Shown here one piece after another: positions 1 through 10,386 of a stretch of DNA of 64,000 nucleotides. Numbering within the stretch: position 1 is the first letter of the stretch; each line of letters begins with the position of its first letter. The position numbers and the translations under genes were made by a program. The stretch is from a bacterium. Its GTDB lineage: Bacteria > Bacillota > Clostridia > Oscillospirales > Acutalibacteraceae. The notes below the pieces were generated by a model, which was not told where the DNA came from, did no database searches, and was given only the letters and a program-made list of their open reading frames with translations. The stretch covers positions 1,851 to 65,850 of the forward strand of contig JAXYDM010000009.1 of NCBI GenBank assembly GCA_037368805.1, given 5' to 3'.

Positions 1-79
1 TCACTATCCTTGCGACATTCATCACTCTCTCGGCGTTGGCAACGGAGCTGCCGCCGAATTTCTGCACAATTAAAGACAT
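1..79 (-). CDS. aspartate kinase, first 26 codons only (gene runs off the left edge)
   Basis: Reverse complement of 1-79 reads MSLIVQKFGGSSVANAERVMNVARIV, the classic aspartokinase N-terminus (xIVQKFGGxSV). GGAGGT SD at 85-90 on the minus strand. Lies 22 nt downstream of hom. Confidence 0.8.
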   Translation of the reverse strand, partial: MSLIVQKFGGSSVANAERVMNVARIV

Positions 80-101
80 ATAGTACCTCCGTTATTCGGA
101 A

Positions 102-1337
102 TCAATAATCGGTTATTCTGATGACCGACTTCACATCGGCTCCGAGGCGGCCGAGCTTGCTCTCGAAGTCGCCCTCGCGTATAGCATCGGTCACAAAGGC
201 GATCTCGCCGTCCGGCGCGTTGCTGCGGGTAAGCATATCAATGTCGCCGAATTCCCTGCCCGCTCGTGCTATCGTCTCGGCGGCGTTGTCGGTGAGAAGT
301 CTGACATAAAACGGAATGACATTGTCAAGCCTGTCTGCCACATAGCCGGGTTCGCCATCCTGCCAACCGAAGAATTTCTTGCGCTCCATATGCTTGGCGC
401 AGTCGATAACGTCGGCAACGACGGCGCTTGCGGTCGGCATCTTACCGGCGCCCTTGCCGTAGAATACGACGTCGCCTATTGCGTCGCCGCGGACAAGAAT
501 GGCGTTAAAAACATCGTCCACGGTGGCAAGCTGGCTGTGCGCCCGCACGAATGCGGGAGAGACCATAACGGATACTCTGCCGTCCTTAAGCAGCTTTGCC
601 CTCGCAATGAGCTTGATGACTCCGCCCCATGAGCGGGCGTATTCAACGTCGGCGAGGTCTATCTTGCGGATGCCCTCGGTGTAGACCGACTCGGGGTAGA
701 CGTGCTTGCCGAAGCATAGAGCCGCCAGGATGCATATCTTGCGGCAGGCGTCGATGCCGTCGACGTCGGCGGAGGGGTCTCGCTCGGCGTAACCGTTCCT
801 CTGCGCCAAAAACAGCGCGTCGTCAAAGGTCATCCCGTCACTAATCATTTTAGTAAGAATGAAGTTAGTTGTTCCGTTGAGTATGCCTGCGATCTCATTT
901 ATATCATTTGCGGCGAGGCACTGACTTATCGGCCTGATGATGGGAATTCCGCCGCCAACGCTCGCCTCAAAGAGGAAGTTGACATTCTTTTCGTCGGCGA
1001 GCTTCAGCAGCTCGCAGCCCTTGACCGCGACAAGCTCCTTGTTGGAGGTCACAACGCTCTTGCCCGCCTTGAGGCACGCCGTGACATATTCATAAGCCGG
1101 GTGAAGCCCGCCCATGGTCTCGACGACTATCTTAACCTCATCGTCCTCAAGGATCTTTGCAAAGTCGGTGATTACCAGCTTCTCATAAGGGTCGCCGGGG
1201 AATTCGCGGCGGTCGAGGATATATTTCAACTCAAGCTCGCTCTGCATACTTTTTTTGACTATATGCTCGTGGTTCTTAGCGAGCAGCTCGGCAACGCCGG
1301 AGCCGACAACGCCGTAGCCCATGATGGCAACATACAT
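102..1337 (-). CDS. hom: homoserine dehydrogenase
   Basis: 411 aa. Rossmann N-terminus MYVAIMGYGVVGSGV, homoserine-DH core and ACT-like C-terminal tail. Forms an operon with the downstream aspartokinase. Confidence 0.9.
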   Translation of the reverse strand: MYVAIMGYGVVGSGVAELLAKNHEHIVKKSMQSELELKYILDRREFPGDPYEKLVITDFAKILEDDEVKIVVETMGGLHPAYEYVTACLKAGKSVVTSNKELVAVKGCELLKLADEKNVNFLFEASVGGGIPIIRPISQCLAANDINEIAGILNGTTNFILTKMISDGMTFDDALFLAQRNGYAERDPSADVDGIDACRKICILAALCFGKHVYPESVYTEGIRKIDLADVEYARSWGGVIKLIARAKLLKDGRVSVMVSPAFVRAHSQLATVDDVFNAILVRGDAIGDVVFYGKGAGKMPTASAVVADVIDCAKHMERKKFFGWQDGEPGYVADRLDNVIPFYVRLLTDNAAETIARAGREFGDIDMLTRSNAPDGEIAFVTDAIREGDFESKLGRLGADVKSVIRITDY

Positions 1338-1570
1338 TCGGAATCGCTTCCTTCCTTTTTAAGTGATCCCCCGTCAGCCGCTCGGCGGCGCGGGTAAGAC
1401 CCGAATATTTAAAGAAATATAGCGTTATAGTAACATATTTTTTCATAATAATAAAGGGGGTAATCAAAAGTTTATGAAGTTTTTCGTAATTTAATCCGTA
1501 AGTAATTGCCTTTTTGTGAAAAATGGTGTAGAATGGGCTCGTTCACAGAAAATACAGGAGGTGTATTCAT

Positions 1571-2779
1571 TTGTCAACCATCGAAAAGAGAAGAGCCACG
1601 CTCATAAATCTCGTCTATTATTCATTGCTGATAGCTGCGTATTATCTGTTTCTGAAATACGCATTCTGGATAGTCGCGCCGTTTATCTTCGCCTTTGCGG
1701 TCGCAATGTTCCTGCAAAAGCCGATACGCAAAATAAATAAAAAGACCAAGATAAAGAAGGGCATAATCGGCTTTGTCGCGGTCATACTCATCTTCGCCAT
1801 CCTCGCCAGCCTGCTCGTGCTCGTCGGCTACCGGATAGGCGTTGAGTTCAAAGGCTTTGCCGATTATATAATGCATAAGCTCGAGGACTTCCCGAACCTT
1901 ATCCGCTCGGCGGAGGCGTGGGTCAATAATGCGGTCAGCTTCCTGCCCGATGCCATAGAGAAAACGATAACCGACGCAGTCAGTGACTTCACCGATAAGC
2001 TCCTGCTCGTCACCAAGGAGGACTCCGACATCCAGCAGGGTCTCTCCAGCGGCTTCTCGGGCATAGACCTCTCGGTGCTTAAGACCCCGCTCGGCGGCCT
2101 GCTCTCCACGGCGAAGCAGATACCCGCTGCACTGACGGCGGCGCTCATCGGCCTCATCGCCTGCTTCTTCATCACCTGCGATTACGATAATTTCACCTCG
2201 ATGATAAAGCGCAACGTCTCCGAGAAGCACGAGCACGCCCTTGTCAGGACAAAGCACCTGCTCATAGATATCCTCGGCAAAATGTGCAAATCCTACCTCA
2301 CCATAATGTTCGTCACCTTCTGCGAGGTCTCGATAGGGCTTAATATATTGAAGCTCATCGGCGTATACACGGGCGGATATATCCTCGTCATAGCGATATG
2401 CACAGCCCTTGTCGATATCCTGCCCATATTCGGCACAGGCACGGTGATGATACCGTGGGCAGTGGTCAGCCTCTTCACGGGTAAGACAGGCCTCGGCATA
2501 GGCCTGCTGGTCATCTACGGCATAATCACGGTCATCCGTCAGATACTCGAGCCGAGGCTCGTTGCAATGAACGTCGACATGCCCCCGATACTCACCCTTG
2601 CAGGCATGTATATCGGCCTGCAGCTCTTCGGCGTGGTAGGCATGTTCATGGTGCCCATCACATTCGTGCTCATCAAGGCGCTCAACAGCGAGGGCATAAT
2701 CCACCTTTACGGCAGGGAAAAGCCCGCCGAGGAGGAGGAAACGCCCGCCGAAAATGCCGAGAAAGTCGAAACCGAGTAA
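1571..2779 (+). CDS. AI-2E/PerM family membrane protein, YtvI-like (sporulation integral membrane protein type)
   Basis: 402 aa and polytopic. N-terminal pattern APFIFAFAVAMFLQKPI resembles YtvI/PerM. TTG start 9 nt after AGGAGG (1556-1561). Confidence 0.7.
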   Translation: MSTIEKRRATLINLVYYSLLIAAYYLFLKYAFWIVAPFIFAFAVAMFLQKPIRKINKKTKIKKGIIGFVAVILIFAILASLLVLVGYRIGVEFKGFADYIMHKLEDFPNLIRSAEAWVNNAVSFLPDAIEKTITDAVSDFTDKLLLVTKEDSDIQQGLSSGFSGIDLSVLKTPLGGLLSTAKQIPAALTAALIGLIACFFITCDYDNFTSMIKRNVSEKHEHALVRTKHLLIDILGKMCKSYLTIMFVTFCEVSIGLNILKLIGVYTGGYILVIAICTALVDILPIFGTGTVMIPWAVVSLFTGKTGLGIGLLVIYGIITVIRQILEPRLVAMNVDMPPILTLAGMYIGLQLFGVVGMFMVPITFVLIKALNSEGIIHLYGREKPAEEEETPAENAEKVETE

Positions 2780-2839
2780 AAAAAGCACAAGAAAAGTGCA
2801 TTTCAGCAGTAATTTTTATAAAAAACACCAAAAAAATTA

Positions 2840-2868
2840 TTGAAATGGCATAACTTTTGTGCTATAAT
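2840..2868 (+). promoter_or_regulatory. sigma-A type promoter upstream of the EF-G paralog
   Basis: TTGAAA (2840-2845), 17-nt spacer, TGc-TATAAT (extended -10; TATAAT at 2863-2868). Confidence 0.55.
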
Positions 2869-2951
2869 TACTTCAATACGGTATTAAATACTGGATTTAA
2901 ACTTGTTCCCGTGCGCATCGCCGACGGGTTTACATTAAGGAGGAAGTTTTT

Positions 2952-5000
2952 TTGAAAGCCTATAATGCCAAAGACATCAGAAACATCGCCATTGCCGGCC
3001 ACAGCGGCAGAGGCAAGACCACCCTCGCCGAAGCAATGCTCTTCCTTGCAAAGGCTACCGACAGACTCGGCAGAGTTGCCGACGGCAACACCGTGCTTGA
3101 CTTCGACGCAGAGGAAAAGAGACGCAAGGTCACAATAGCCACCGCCATGGCGGCTTTTGATTGGAATAACACCAAGATCAACCTGCTTGACACTCCGGGT
3201 CTTTTCGACTTCGCGGGCGGCGTGAGCGAGGGTATGCGTGCAGCCGAGAGCGCACTCATCGTCCTTGCAGCCGGCTCCGGCGTGGACGTCGGCGCAGAGA
3301 AGGCTTACAAAGCCGCTTCCGAGAGGAAGATAGCAAAGCTCTTCGCAGTCACCCGCTGCGACGCCGAGAACACCGACTTCTACAAGACCTTTGACGCTCT
3401 TAAAGAGGAATACGGCGCTCCCGTATGCCCCGTCGTCGTTCCCTATATGGAGGGCGACGCAGTCAAGGGCTATGTCGATTTCTCGACAGGCAAGGCTTAC
3501 GCTTACAACGGCGGCAAGGCAAGCGAGATCGCTATGCCCGCCGACGACAGAATAGAAGAAATGAAAGAGGTCTTTAACGAGGCAGTTGCCTCCGCCGACG
3601 AGGAGCTTATGGAGAAGTTCTTCGAGGGCGAGGCTCTCACCGCCGAGGAGATCGCAAAGGGTCTCAAGGCAGGCATCATCGCGGGCGACATCTACCCCGT
3701 ATACGCTTGCTCCGGCTACACCACCGACGGTGTCGACCTGCTCCTCAACGGCATTGTCAGCGCCGCTCCCGACGCCGCAAGTTGCGCGGGCGAAGGCGAT
3801 ATCAAGTGCGACGAAAACGGCGCTCTTGCGGCTATCTGCTTCAAGACCGTTGCCGACCCGTTCGTCGGTAAGATGTCCTTCTTCAAGGTCGTCTCCGGCA
3901 AAATCACATCCGACACTCCCGCTTACAACGCCCGCACAGGCGAGAGCGAGAGAATGGGTAAGATAATCACCCTCAAGGGCGCTAAGCAGGAGGATTCCGC
4001 TTGCATCCCCGCCGGTGATATCGGCGTTGTCACCAAGCTCTCCGGCTTCAAGACCGGCGACACCCTCTGCGCCCCCAAGGCTGATATAGAGCTTGCAGGC
4101 GTCAACTTCCCGAAGCCCTGCCTTCCCATGGCTGTCAAGGCTCGCAAGAAGGGCGAGGAGGACAAGATCGCTGCCGGCCTCAACAGACTTGCGGAAGAGG
4201 ATCTTACCATATCCTACACCACCAACCCCGAGACCAAGGAGCAGATCCTTTCGGGTCTCGGCGAGCAGCATCTTGACTCGGTAGTTACCAAGCTCAAGAA
4301 TAAATTCGGCGTTGAGGTCGACCTCTCCGTTCCCAAGGTCGCATACAGAGAAACCGTCAGCAAGACCTCCTATGTCCAGGGCAGACATAAGAAGCAGTCC
4401 GGCGGCAGCGGCCAGTTCGGCGATGTTTGGATCAGATTTGAGCATATCGACGGCGACGGCTTCGAGTTTGCCGAGGAAGTTGTCGGCGGCTCCGTTCCCA
4501 AGAACTTCTTCCCCGCAGTCGAAAAGGGTCTGCGCGAAGCGATCCTCAAGGGTCCCCTTGCCGGTTATCCCGTTGTCGGTCTGAAGGCAACCCTCTGCGA
4601 CGGTTCGTCCCACCCCGTTGACTCCAACGAAATGGCGTTCAAGACCGCCGCAAAGATCGCTTACAAGAACGGTATGCCCCTTGCGAATCCCAAGCTCCTT
4701 GAGCCCTACGGCTCACTGAAGGCTTATATGCCCGGCGACAACCTCGGCGATATCATGGGCGATATCACCAAGAGGCGCGGCCGCGTGCTCGGCATGGGTC
4801 CCTGCGAGGATGACCCCAAGATGCAGGAGCTCGTCGCCGAAGTTCCTATGGCTGAGATGGGCGATTTCGCCACCGTGCTCCGCTCCGTCACCGCCGGCAG
4901 AGGCTACTTCTCATTCGTATTTGACCACTATGAGGCCGCTCCCGAGAACGTCGCTCAGAAGGTCATTGAGGAAGCTAAGGCCTCCGCAGAGGAAGAATAA
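2952..5000 (+). CDS. elongation factor G family GTPase (EF-G paralog)
   Basis: 682 aa. G1 motif AIAGHSGRGKTTL, DTPG G3 motif, and EF-G domains II-V recognisable. TTG start after AAGGAGGAAG. Confidence 0.85.
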   Translation: MKAYNAKDIRNIAIAGHSGRGKTTLAEAMLFLAKATDRLGRVADGNTVLDFDAEEKRRKVTIATAMAAFDWNNTKINLLDTPGLFDFAGGVSEGMRAAESALIVLAAGSGVDVGAEKAYKAASERKIAKLFAVTRCDAENTDFYKTFDALKEEYGAPVCPVVVPYMEGDAVKGYVDFSTGKAYAYNGGKASEIAMPADDRIEEMKEVFNEAVASADEELMEKFFEGEALTAEEIAKGLKAGIIAGDIYPVYACSGYTTDGVDLLLNGIVSAAPDAASCAGEGDIKCDENGALAAICFKTVADPFVGKMSFFKVVSGKITSDTPAYNARTGESERMGKIITLKGAKQEDSACIPAGDIGVVTKLSGFKTGDTLCAPKADIELAGVNFPKPCLPMAVKARKKGEEDKIAAGLNRLAEEDLTISYTTNPETKEQILSGLGEQHLDSVVTKLKNKFGVEVDLSVPKVAYRETVSKTSYVQGRHKKQSGGSGQFGDVWIRFEHIDGDGFEFAEEVVGGSVPKNFFPAVEKGLREAILKGPLAGYPVVGLKATLCDGSSHPVDSNEMAFKTAAKIAYKNGMPLANPKLLEPYGSLKAYMPGDNLGDIMGDITKRRGRVLGMGPCEDDPKMQELVAEVPMAEMGDFATVLRSVTAGRGYFSFVFDHYEAAPENVAQKVIEEAKASAEEE

Positions 5001-5046
5001 TTACATAAAACTCACTGTTTTTCTTTCATTAAAACCCCTCTTTGTG

Positions 5047-5087
5047 CAAACCGGGTGCAGGCAGCTGCATCCGGTTTGTCCTTTTTT
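5047..5087 (+). terminator. rho-independent terminator after the EF-G paralog
   Basis: Stem CAAACCGG (5047-5054) / CCGGTTTG (5071-5078), followed by a TTTTTT tract. Confidence 0.7.
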
Positions 5088-5186
5088 GACCGCCGCGATC
5101 CGTGTATTGCGAGCGGTCATTTTTCTTTTTAAATCCGCCCTAAACAGCCGCTTCTCTGCCCCGTTTCGGCAAAGTCAAAATATCCG

Positions 5187-5215
5187 TTGACATTATATTG
5201 CAAAAGATGTATAAT
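5187..5215 (+). promoter_or_regulatory. consensus sigma-A promoter upstream of the VanZ-like gene
   Basis: TTGACA (5187-5192), 17-nt spacer, TATAAT (5210-5215). Confidence 0.55.
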
Positions 5216-5312
5216 ATATTTGAACAAACTCTATTTAAATATTTATTTTTAAAAGGAGGGTAATCGGAGGCTATATAAATTTTCAAACCACCTCACGGAA
5301 AGGCGTGGTAAA

Positions 5313-5921
5313 ATGTCATTTTATATTCGGCAATTCCTGCCGTATCTTGCAGTCTCGGCGGTGGTGTATCTGCCGTTCCGTCTGAGAAAAAAGCGCAGCA
5401 GTCTGATCCCCGACCTCATATTCTTTGTCTATATCGTGGCGCTGCTCATGCTGACCGTATTGCCAATGGTTTTCGTCGCTCAACACGGCCTGCTCGTCAG
5501 GCCCCCGTGCGCCGATGTGCTGCTGGGGCTCGGCAAGATTGAGACGATACCTCAGCCCTCGGAGAGAAGCCTGCAATTGCAGCCGTTCGCAACGGTTATC
5601 GGTCTGTTGACTGATGACGCCCTGCCGCAGCGGGTGCGGCTCTATCGTGCCGCCGCCAACATTCTCGGCAATCTGGCGCTGCTCATGCCGTTCGGCTTCC
5701 TGTTCCCGCTCAAAAGCGGCGCGGGACTTGGCAAAACCTGCGCCGTCGGGCTTGCCGCCGTGCTCGGCATAGAGATCATCCAGTATTTTGAGGGTCGTGT
5801 CGCCGATATCGACGACGTTATTTTGAATTTTGTCGGCATACTGCTCGGATTCGCGGCTTACTGCATTTTTACAAAAATAAAAGCCCTCGTCCGCTCACGA
5901 AAGGAGCTTCGGAAGGCTTAA
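5313..5921 (+). CDS. VanZ family membrane protein
   Basis: 202 aa with 4-5 TM segments. Shows LGNLALLMPFGFLFP and DIDDVILNFVGILLGF, typical of VanZ-like proteins. Confidence 0.75.
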   Translation: MSFYIRQFLPYLAVSAVVYLPFRLRKKRSSLIPDLIFFVYIVALLMLTVLPMVFVAQHGLLVRPPCADVLLGLGKIETIPQPSERSLQLQPFATVIGLLTDDALPQRVRLYRAAANILGNLALLMPFGFLFPLKSGAGLGKTCAVGLAAVLGIEIIQYFEGRVADIDDVILNFVGILLGFAAYCIFTKIKALVRSRKELRKA

Positions 5922-6036
5922 ATCATTCGGTTATTTCCGCAAAGCGATCCATATCGCTCTGCAATTTCTCAATGACCGCTCTTTTTCAATAAACGCTCCG
6001 TAGAGTCGGATAATTTACGGAAAGAAGGCGAGTATT

Positions 6037-6504
6037 TTGATAACCTCAGAGCGAGCGACCGAGCTTGCGAGAGAAAACTATGACGATATACTCCGCTTCT
6101 GCCTGTCACGTCTCGGCGACGAGTGGGAGGCGGCCGACGCGGCGCAGGAGGTATTCCTGCTGCTGCGGCAGCTGCTCGGCGAGCTGGAGGACTGCAATCT
6201 GAGAGGCTGGCTCTTCGCCGTTGCGGATAAAAAAATAAAAGAAGCCCGCCTGAACGCCTCAAGGCGCAAGCGGGAGCTGATATTGGAGGATATCGCCGAA
6301 TCTCTCCGCAGCGAATCGGGCGAGCTTTGCCCCGCATGCGAGCTGACCCGTCCCCTCGGCGAGAAGGATCGCGGGCTTTTTGAAATGATATATGAGCGGG
6401 GCATGAGCCACGCCGATATCAGCCGCGCCCTCGGCGTCTCCGACGGCGCCCTGCGAGTGAGAATATGTAGGCTTAAAGCTAAATTGATGAAAAACATAAA
6501 TTAA
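6037..6504 (+). CDS. RNA polymerase sigma-70 family (ECF-like) sigma factor
   Basis: 155 aa. Region-2-like DAAQEVFLLL and region-4 HTH MSHADISRALGVSDGALRVRICRLKAKL. TTG start. Confidence 0.75.
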   Translation: MITSERATELARENYDDILRFCLSRLGDEWEAADAAQEVFLLLRQLLGELEDCNLRGWLFAVADKKIKEARLNASRRKRELILEDIAESLRSESGELCPACELTRPLGEKDRGLFEMIYERGMSHADISRALGVSDGALRVRICRLKAKLMKNIN

Positions 6505-6530
6505 TTTTTCACTTGAAAGGAGAAATACGC

Positions 6531-6887
6531 ATGAAAACACACGGCAAACTCTTCCCCAACCTCATAGCCGCGGGCTTCCTGCTGACAGCAGTATTCTTCC
6601 TGCTGCGCTGCTTCGACATTATCCACGGGATGCTGCTCGGCTGGGTGATAGCCCCGATCTGGGTCGCCATGCTCGTTCTCGCGGTGATACTGCTCATCGG
6701 GCGAGCGGCGAAGCTCGGCTTGGCGCTTCGACTGCTGCCGTTCGGGGCGGCTCTCATCCTGGCTCTCGTGTTCATCCTCAACAATGCCCTTGACCTGCTC
6801 GCCGTGAACGCATATTGGTATACGATGAGCGGTATTTCCATCGTCGCCGCAGCAGCGATACTTCTTTGTTCGCTGAAAGCAAAATAA
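6531..6887 (+). CDS. small polytopic membrane protein (possible anti-sigma/partner of the adjacent sigma factor)
   Basis: ATG at 6531 lies 7 nt after AGGAG, so it is preferred over the TTG at 6513. About 118 aa with 3-4 hydrophobic helices. No recognisable family. Confidence 0.5.
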   Translation: MKTHGKLFPNLIAAGFLLTAVFFLLRCFDIIHGMLLGWVIAPIWVAMLVLAVILLIGRAAKLGLALRLLPFGAALILALVFILNNALDLLAVNAYWYTMSGISIVAAAAILLCSLKAK

Positions 6888-6929
6888 CACAAAGCCCGGT
6901 CGCTCCTTCATCGGAACGGCCGGGTCATC

Positions 6930-7589
6930 TTATTTGATATCAAATTCATTCCACGGGTATTCCTCCGTCGGCGGCAGAGCGGAGAAGCTCATTCTCTCGC
7001 CGCTTATCGGATGGGTGAATTCAAGCCCGCAGGCAAAAAGCGCAAGCCGGCCCGAGCCTCCGCCGTATCGCCCGTCCCCGACGAGCGGCAGCCGTCTGCT
7101 CGCAAACTGCACCCTTATCTGATGAGTTCTGCCCGTGATCAAGGAGACCTCTATGAGCGCCTTGCCCCCGCTCGCGGCAACCACACGGTAGTCGAGCGCC
7201 GCTTCACGCACGCCCTTACGCATGCGCTTGACGACGAAGGTCTTGTTCTTTTGCTTGTCACGGAAGAGAAGATCCGTCAGCGTGCCGCTTGCCTCGGCAG
7301 GAACGCCGTTCGTCACGGCATAGTAGCGCTTTTTCAGCCCGTGGCTCTGCACCTCGGCGCTGAGCGCCGCAGCGGAGTGGCTGTCCTTGGCGTAGACCAT
7401 CAGCCCGCCCGTCTCACGGTCAAGCCGATGCACGGGGTAGGCTTTCGCCTTTTCGCCGTTCTCGGTAAAGTGCCTGTCGAGCAGCGAAAGCATACTCTCG
7501 CCCTCGCCCGCCTGGCTGAGCAGCCCCGCAGGCTTCAGGCAGACCGCTATGCAGGGATCCTCAAATATAATTGCCGCCGAGTCTTGCAC
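6930..7589 (-). CDS. RluA family pseudouridine synthase
   Basis: 219 aa. Catalytic motif HRLDRETGGLMV and GRTHQIRVQ. GTG start overlaps the TetR gene end by 29 nt. Confidence 0.85.
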   Translation of the reverse strand: MQDSAAIIFEDPCIAVCLKPAGLLSQAGEGESMLSLLDRHFTENGEKAKAYPVHRLDRETGGLMVYAKDSHSAAALSAEVQSHGLKKRYYAVTNGVPAEASGTLTDLLFRDKQKNKTFVVKRMRKGVREAALDYRVVAASGGKALIEVSLITGRTHQIRVQFASRRLPLVGDGRYGGGSGRLALFACGLEFTHPISGERMSFSALPPTEEYPWNEFDIK

Positions 7590-8139
7590 GCCTCTCGCTC
7601 CTCCTGAGTGAATATCTTATATTATCCACGACCAGCCAGAGCTGACCCGCAAGGTGCTCGGGGTCCTCCCTCATGCCCGTCCTGAACCATTCGGATATCA
7701 TGCCGAAGAGCGCATACTCATAAAACGAAGCGATGAACTCGATATCCTCGTCGGGCACATTCATCCCCGAGGCCATCGCCTGCACAAAGTCGACGACTAT
7801 GTACTTACAGGATTTATACATATAGTTCTCAAAATAATCGTAGCTGCGCGAGGAGCAGATATTGTTGATTATCTTCTTGTGAGAATAGGCGACCTCGGCG
7901 ACCTTCATAAATGCCGCAAGCCATGAGCCGCCGCCCTGATGGGTCTTGATGATATCGGTCATCTCACGCTTGAATATCTCCTCAAGCAGGTCGTAAATAT
8001 CGCTGTAGTAGTAATAAAAAGTGTTGCGGTTGATGCCGCAGGTCTCGACGATATCCTTGATAGTTATCTTGTCGAACGGCTTCTTTTCGAGCAGCTCAAC
8101 GAAAGTGTCGGATATCATTTTTTTAGTATCTTTCTGCAT
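7561..8139 (-). CDS. TetR/AcrR family transcriptional regulator
   Basis: 192 aa. N-terminal HTH KITIKDIVETCGINRNTFYYYYSDIYDL. GGGGG SD precedes the ATG. Confidence 0.85.
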   Translation of the reverse strand: MQKDTKKMISDTFVELLEKKPFDKITIKDIVETCGINRNTFYYYYSDIYDLLEEIFKREMTDIIKTHQGGGSWLAAFMKVAEVAYSHKKIINNICSSRSYDYFENYMYKSCKYIVVDFVQAMASGMNVPDEDIEFIASFYEYALFGMISEWFRTGMREDPEHLAGQLWLVVDNIRYSLRRSERRARLGGNYI

Positions 8140-8401
8140 GATTTGCCCCCGTTTTTATTCTTTTTTTGTCCCCCATTCGGGCGCCTGAACGCGCCCGTCG
8201 GTAATACCACCGTATTTACTCTTTTTGTATTATAGCATATCTCTGATATTTTTTCAATAGAATAAACCTTTGTTTGACTTTTTGGTACAAAATCGCCTGC
8301 GGTTTTTGTGCAGATTGCCGAGAATCGTTTTTATGCAACATCCCTATTACATTTTTTGTTCATTTGTGGTAAAATTAAACGGAAGAAATGAGGTGAATTT
8401 C

Positions 8402-8866
8402 GTGTTTTACAATACGGGCGATACCGTCGTTTACGGCAGCAGCGTATGCAGCATATCAGGAGTAAAAGAAATGCGCTTCGGTGCAGATATAAAGCAATAT
8501 TATATCCTTAAACCGATTTTCGAGCCTCAGTCAACGGTATATCATCCCGTTGACGGCGATTCGTCGAAGCTGCGCCCGCCGATAAGTGCCGATGAAGCGC
8601 GCCGAATAGTTACTGCTCCGCCCATGCCCGATTGGGAGAGCGACGACCGCTTGCGACGGGAGGAATTCTTTCGCATTTTACACAGCGGGAGCTGCGCCGA
8701 GGTGGTCTCGATGGTCAAACTCATCTGCCGCCGTAAGCGTGAGGTCAAAAAGCTGCGAGCCGCTGACGAACGCTCGTTAAGCGACGGCAAAGGGCTTGTC
8801 GCCGGGGAGCTTGCCTATGCTCTCGGCATAACAAAAGACGAAGCGATAAAAGCCATAACCGACTGA
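8402..8866 (+). CDS. CarD/CdnL family RNA-polymerase-binding regulator
   Basis: GTG at 8402 follows GAGGTG. Contains FYNTGDTVVYGSSVCSISGVKEMRFGADIKQYYILKP...TVYHPVD, a CarD_CdnL_TRCF-type N-domain. The longer ORF from 8270 has no SD. Confidence 0.7.
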   Translation: MFYNTGDTVVYGSSVCSISGVKEMRFGADIKQYYILKPIFEPQSTVYHPVDGDSSKLRPPISADEARRIVTAPPMPDWESDDRLRREEFFRILHSGSCAEVVSMVKLICRRKREVKKLRAADERSLSDGKGLVAGELAYALGITKDEAIKAITD

Positions 8867-9084
8867 AATGATGAGCATTACATAAACCGCGCGAATTAAA
8901 AGCGGCGGTACGGCGTTGTTACGATTCGTCACATTCCACAAAAACCGCACTTGAAATTTTACGCTTGCACCGTGTTACTTTTTCATCTTGAAAAAGACTG
9001 TATACACATAAGGCGAAGAACGGTAATCTATCCGTCAAACAAGTGAAAAAGCATCCGCACATCAAAGCGCGGATGCTTGATTTT

Positions 9085-10386
9085 TTATTCGTGATTTTTT
9101 ACGAGATCCTTGAAGTGCTTGCCCTTATGCTCAAAATCCTTGTAGACGTTGTAGCTCGAGGCCGCCGGGGACATCAGGCAGGTCATGCCCTGCTTGGTGC
9201 AGCGGAAGGCGGCGTCCACCGCCTGCTCCATATCCTCGACGATGATTATATTTTTGCGGCAGCCGTGCTCCCGCATCTCGGCGCACAGGCGGCAGCCCGT
9301 GTCGGGCAGGCCGATGAGGTTGCTCACGGCGCTCCCCTCAAGGAAGCTGACGAAGCCCGAGTAATCAATTCCCCTGTCCATGCCGCCGAAGATGAGCGTG
9401 TCCACATCTCCGAGGGCTTCAACGGCGCACTGCACCGCCTGCGGAATCGTAGCGATCGAGTCGTTGACGAATTTGATGCCGCCGTATTCGCCGACCGGCT
9501 CCATGCGGTTCTCAATGCCGCCGAAATCCTTTATCGCCGAGACGATGGCTTCATCGCCGATGCCGAGGCACCTTGCGGCGGCTGCGGCAAGGCAGACATT
9601 CTGTTTGTTGTGCCTGCCCCTAAGCCTGTCGTTGGAGGCGGCCGCGGCGAGAATTTCGCCGTCCTCAGCCCCTCCGTCGGAGCAGACCTTGATGACGGTC
9701 GGTATAACGAGCGAGAAGTCAAAATATTTATCGAGATCCTGCTGAGCGTTGCAGATGAAATAATCGCAGCCGACCTGGTGGCGGATTATATTCATCTTTG
9801 CGGCGACATAGCCCTCAAAGCCGTTGTAGTGGTCAAGGTGCTCGGGATAAATATTAGTCATAACCGCCACATGGGGCGAGGCGGTCGTGAACTCAAGCTG
9901 ATGCGACGACATCTCAATGACCGCTATCTCCGGTTCGCCGCTCTCGAGCCTGTCGAGCACGGGAATGCCGATATTGCCGATGAGGCAGGCGGTCTTGCCC
10001 GACTTTTTGACCATCTGATAAATGAGAGTCGAGGTGGTCGTCTTGCCCTTGGTGCCCGTCACGCCGACGCAGGTACACTGCGAGAAGCGCAGGAAAAGAT
10101 CCGTCTGGCAGGTGACCTCCACGCCCTCGGGCACGGTCACGTCACGGAACGAAATGCCCGGAGTTTTGATAACGAGGTCATAATCCTTCATCGCGTCGAA
10201 GTAGCAGTCGCCGCCGTAGAGGGTCACGTTGCTGTCATGCAGGTCGATATCGCGCCTGTCGCCTATGCCCAGATGCTTATCGGGCAGGTGGCGGCGGATC
10301 ATATCGTAGGTCGAGCGCCCCTCCCTGCCGAAGCCGAGGATGAGCACGCGCCTCTCTCTGAGATATTCAATCAATTGCCGAAACAT
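9085..10386 (-). CDS. murD: UDP-N-acetylmuramoyl-L-alanine--glutamate ligase (MurD family; possibly the L-Glu-adding MurD2 type)
   Basis: 433 aa. Mur ligase P-loop GVTGTKGKTTTSTL and N-terminal LILGFGREGRS. Its start overlaps the upstream ORF by 20 nt. Confidence 0.85.
   Translation of the reverse strand: MFRQLIEYLRERRVLILGFGREGRSTYDMIRRHLPDKHLGIGDRRDIDLHDSNVTLYGGDCYFDAMKDYDLVIKTPGISFRDVTVPEGVEVTCQTDLFLRFSQCTCVGVTGTKGKTTTSTLIYQMVKKSGKTACLIGNIGIPVLDRLESGEPEIAVIEMSSHQLEFTTASPHVAVMTNIYPEHLDHYNGFEGYVAAKMNIIRHQVGCDYFICNAQQDLDKYFDFSLVIPTVIKVCSDGGAEDGEILAAAASNDRLRGRHNKQNVCLAAAAARCLGIGDEAIVSAIKDFGGIENRMEPVGEYGGIKFVNDSIATIPQAVQCAVEALGDVDTLIFGGMDRGIDYSGFVSFLEGSAVSNLIGLPDTGCRLCAEMREHGCRKNIIIVEDMEQAVDAAFRCTKQGMTCLMSPAASSYNVYKDFEHKGKHFKDLVKNHE

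Noticed and set aside
2868-4613. Very long antisense ORFs opposite real genes. Examples: 581 aa opposite the EF-G paralog, 388 aa at 1622-2788, 453 aa at 9043-10404, 318 aa at 10808-11764, 302 aa at 12184-13092, 374 aa at 34174-35298, 397 aa at 37205-38398, 340 aa at 54755-55777, 319 aa at 24554-25513.
   Set aside because: The translations are low-complexity Ala/Gly/Arg/Asp-rich strings with no motifs. The opposite strand encodes unmistakable conserved proteins. This is a typical stop-codon-poor antisense-frame artefact of high-G+C DNA.
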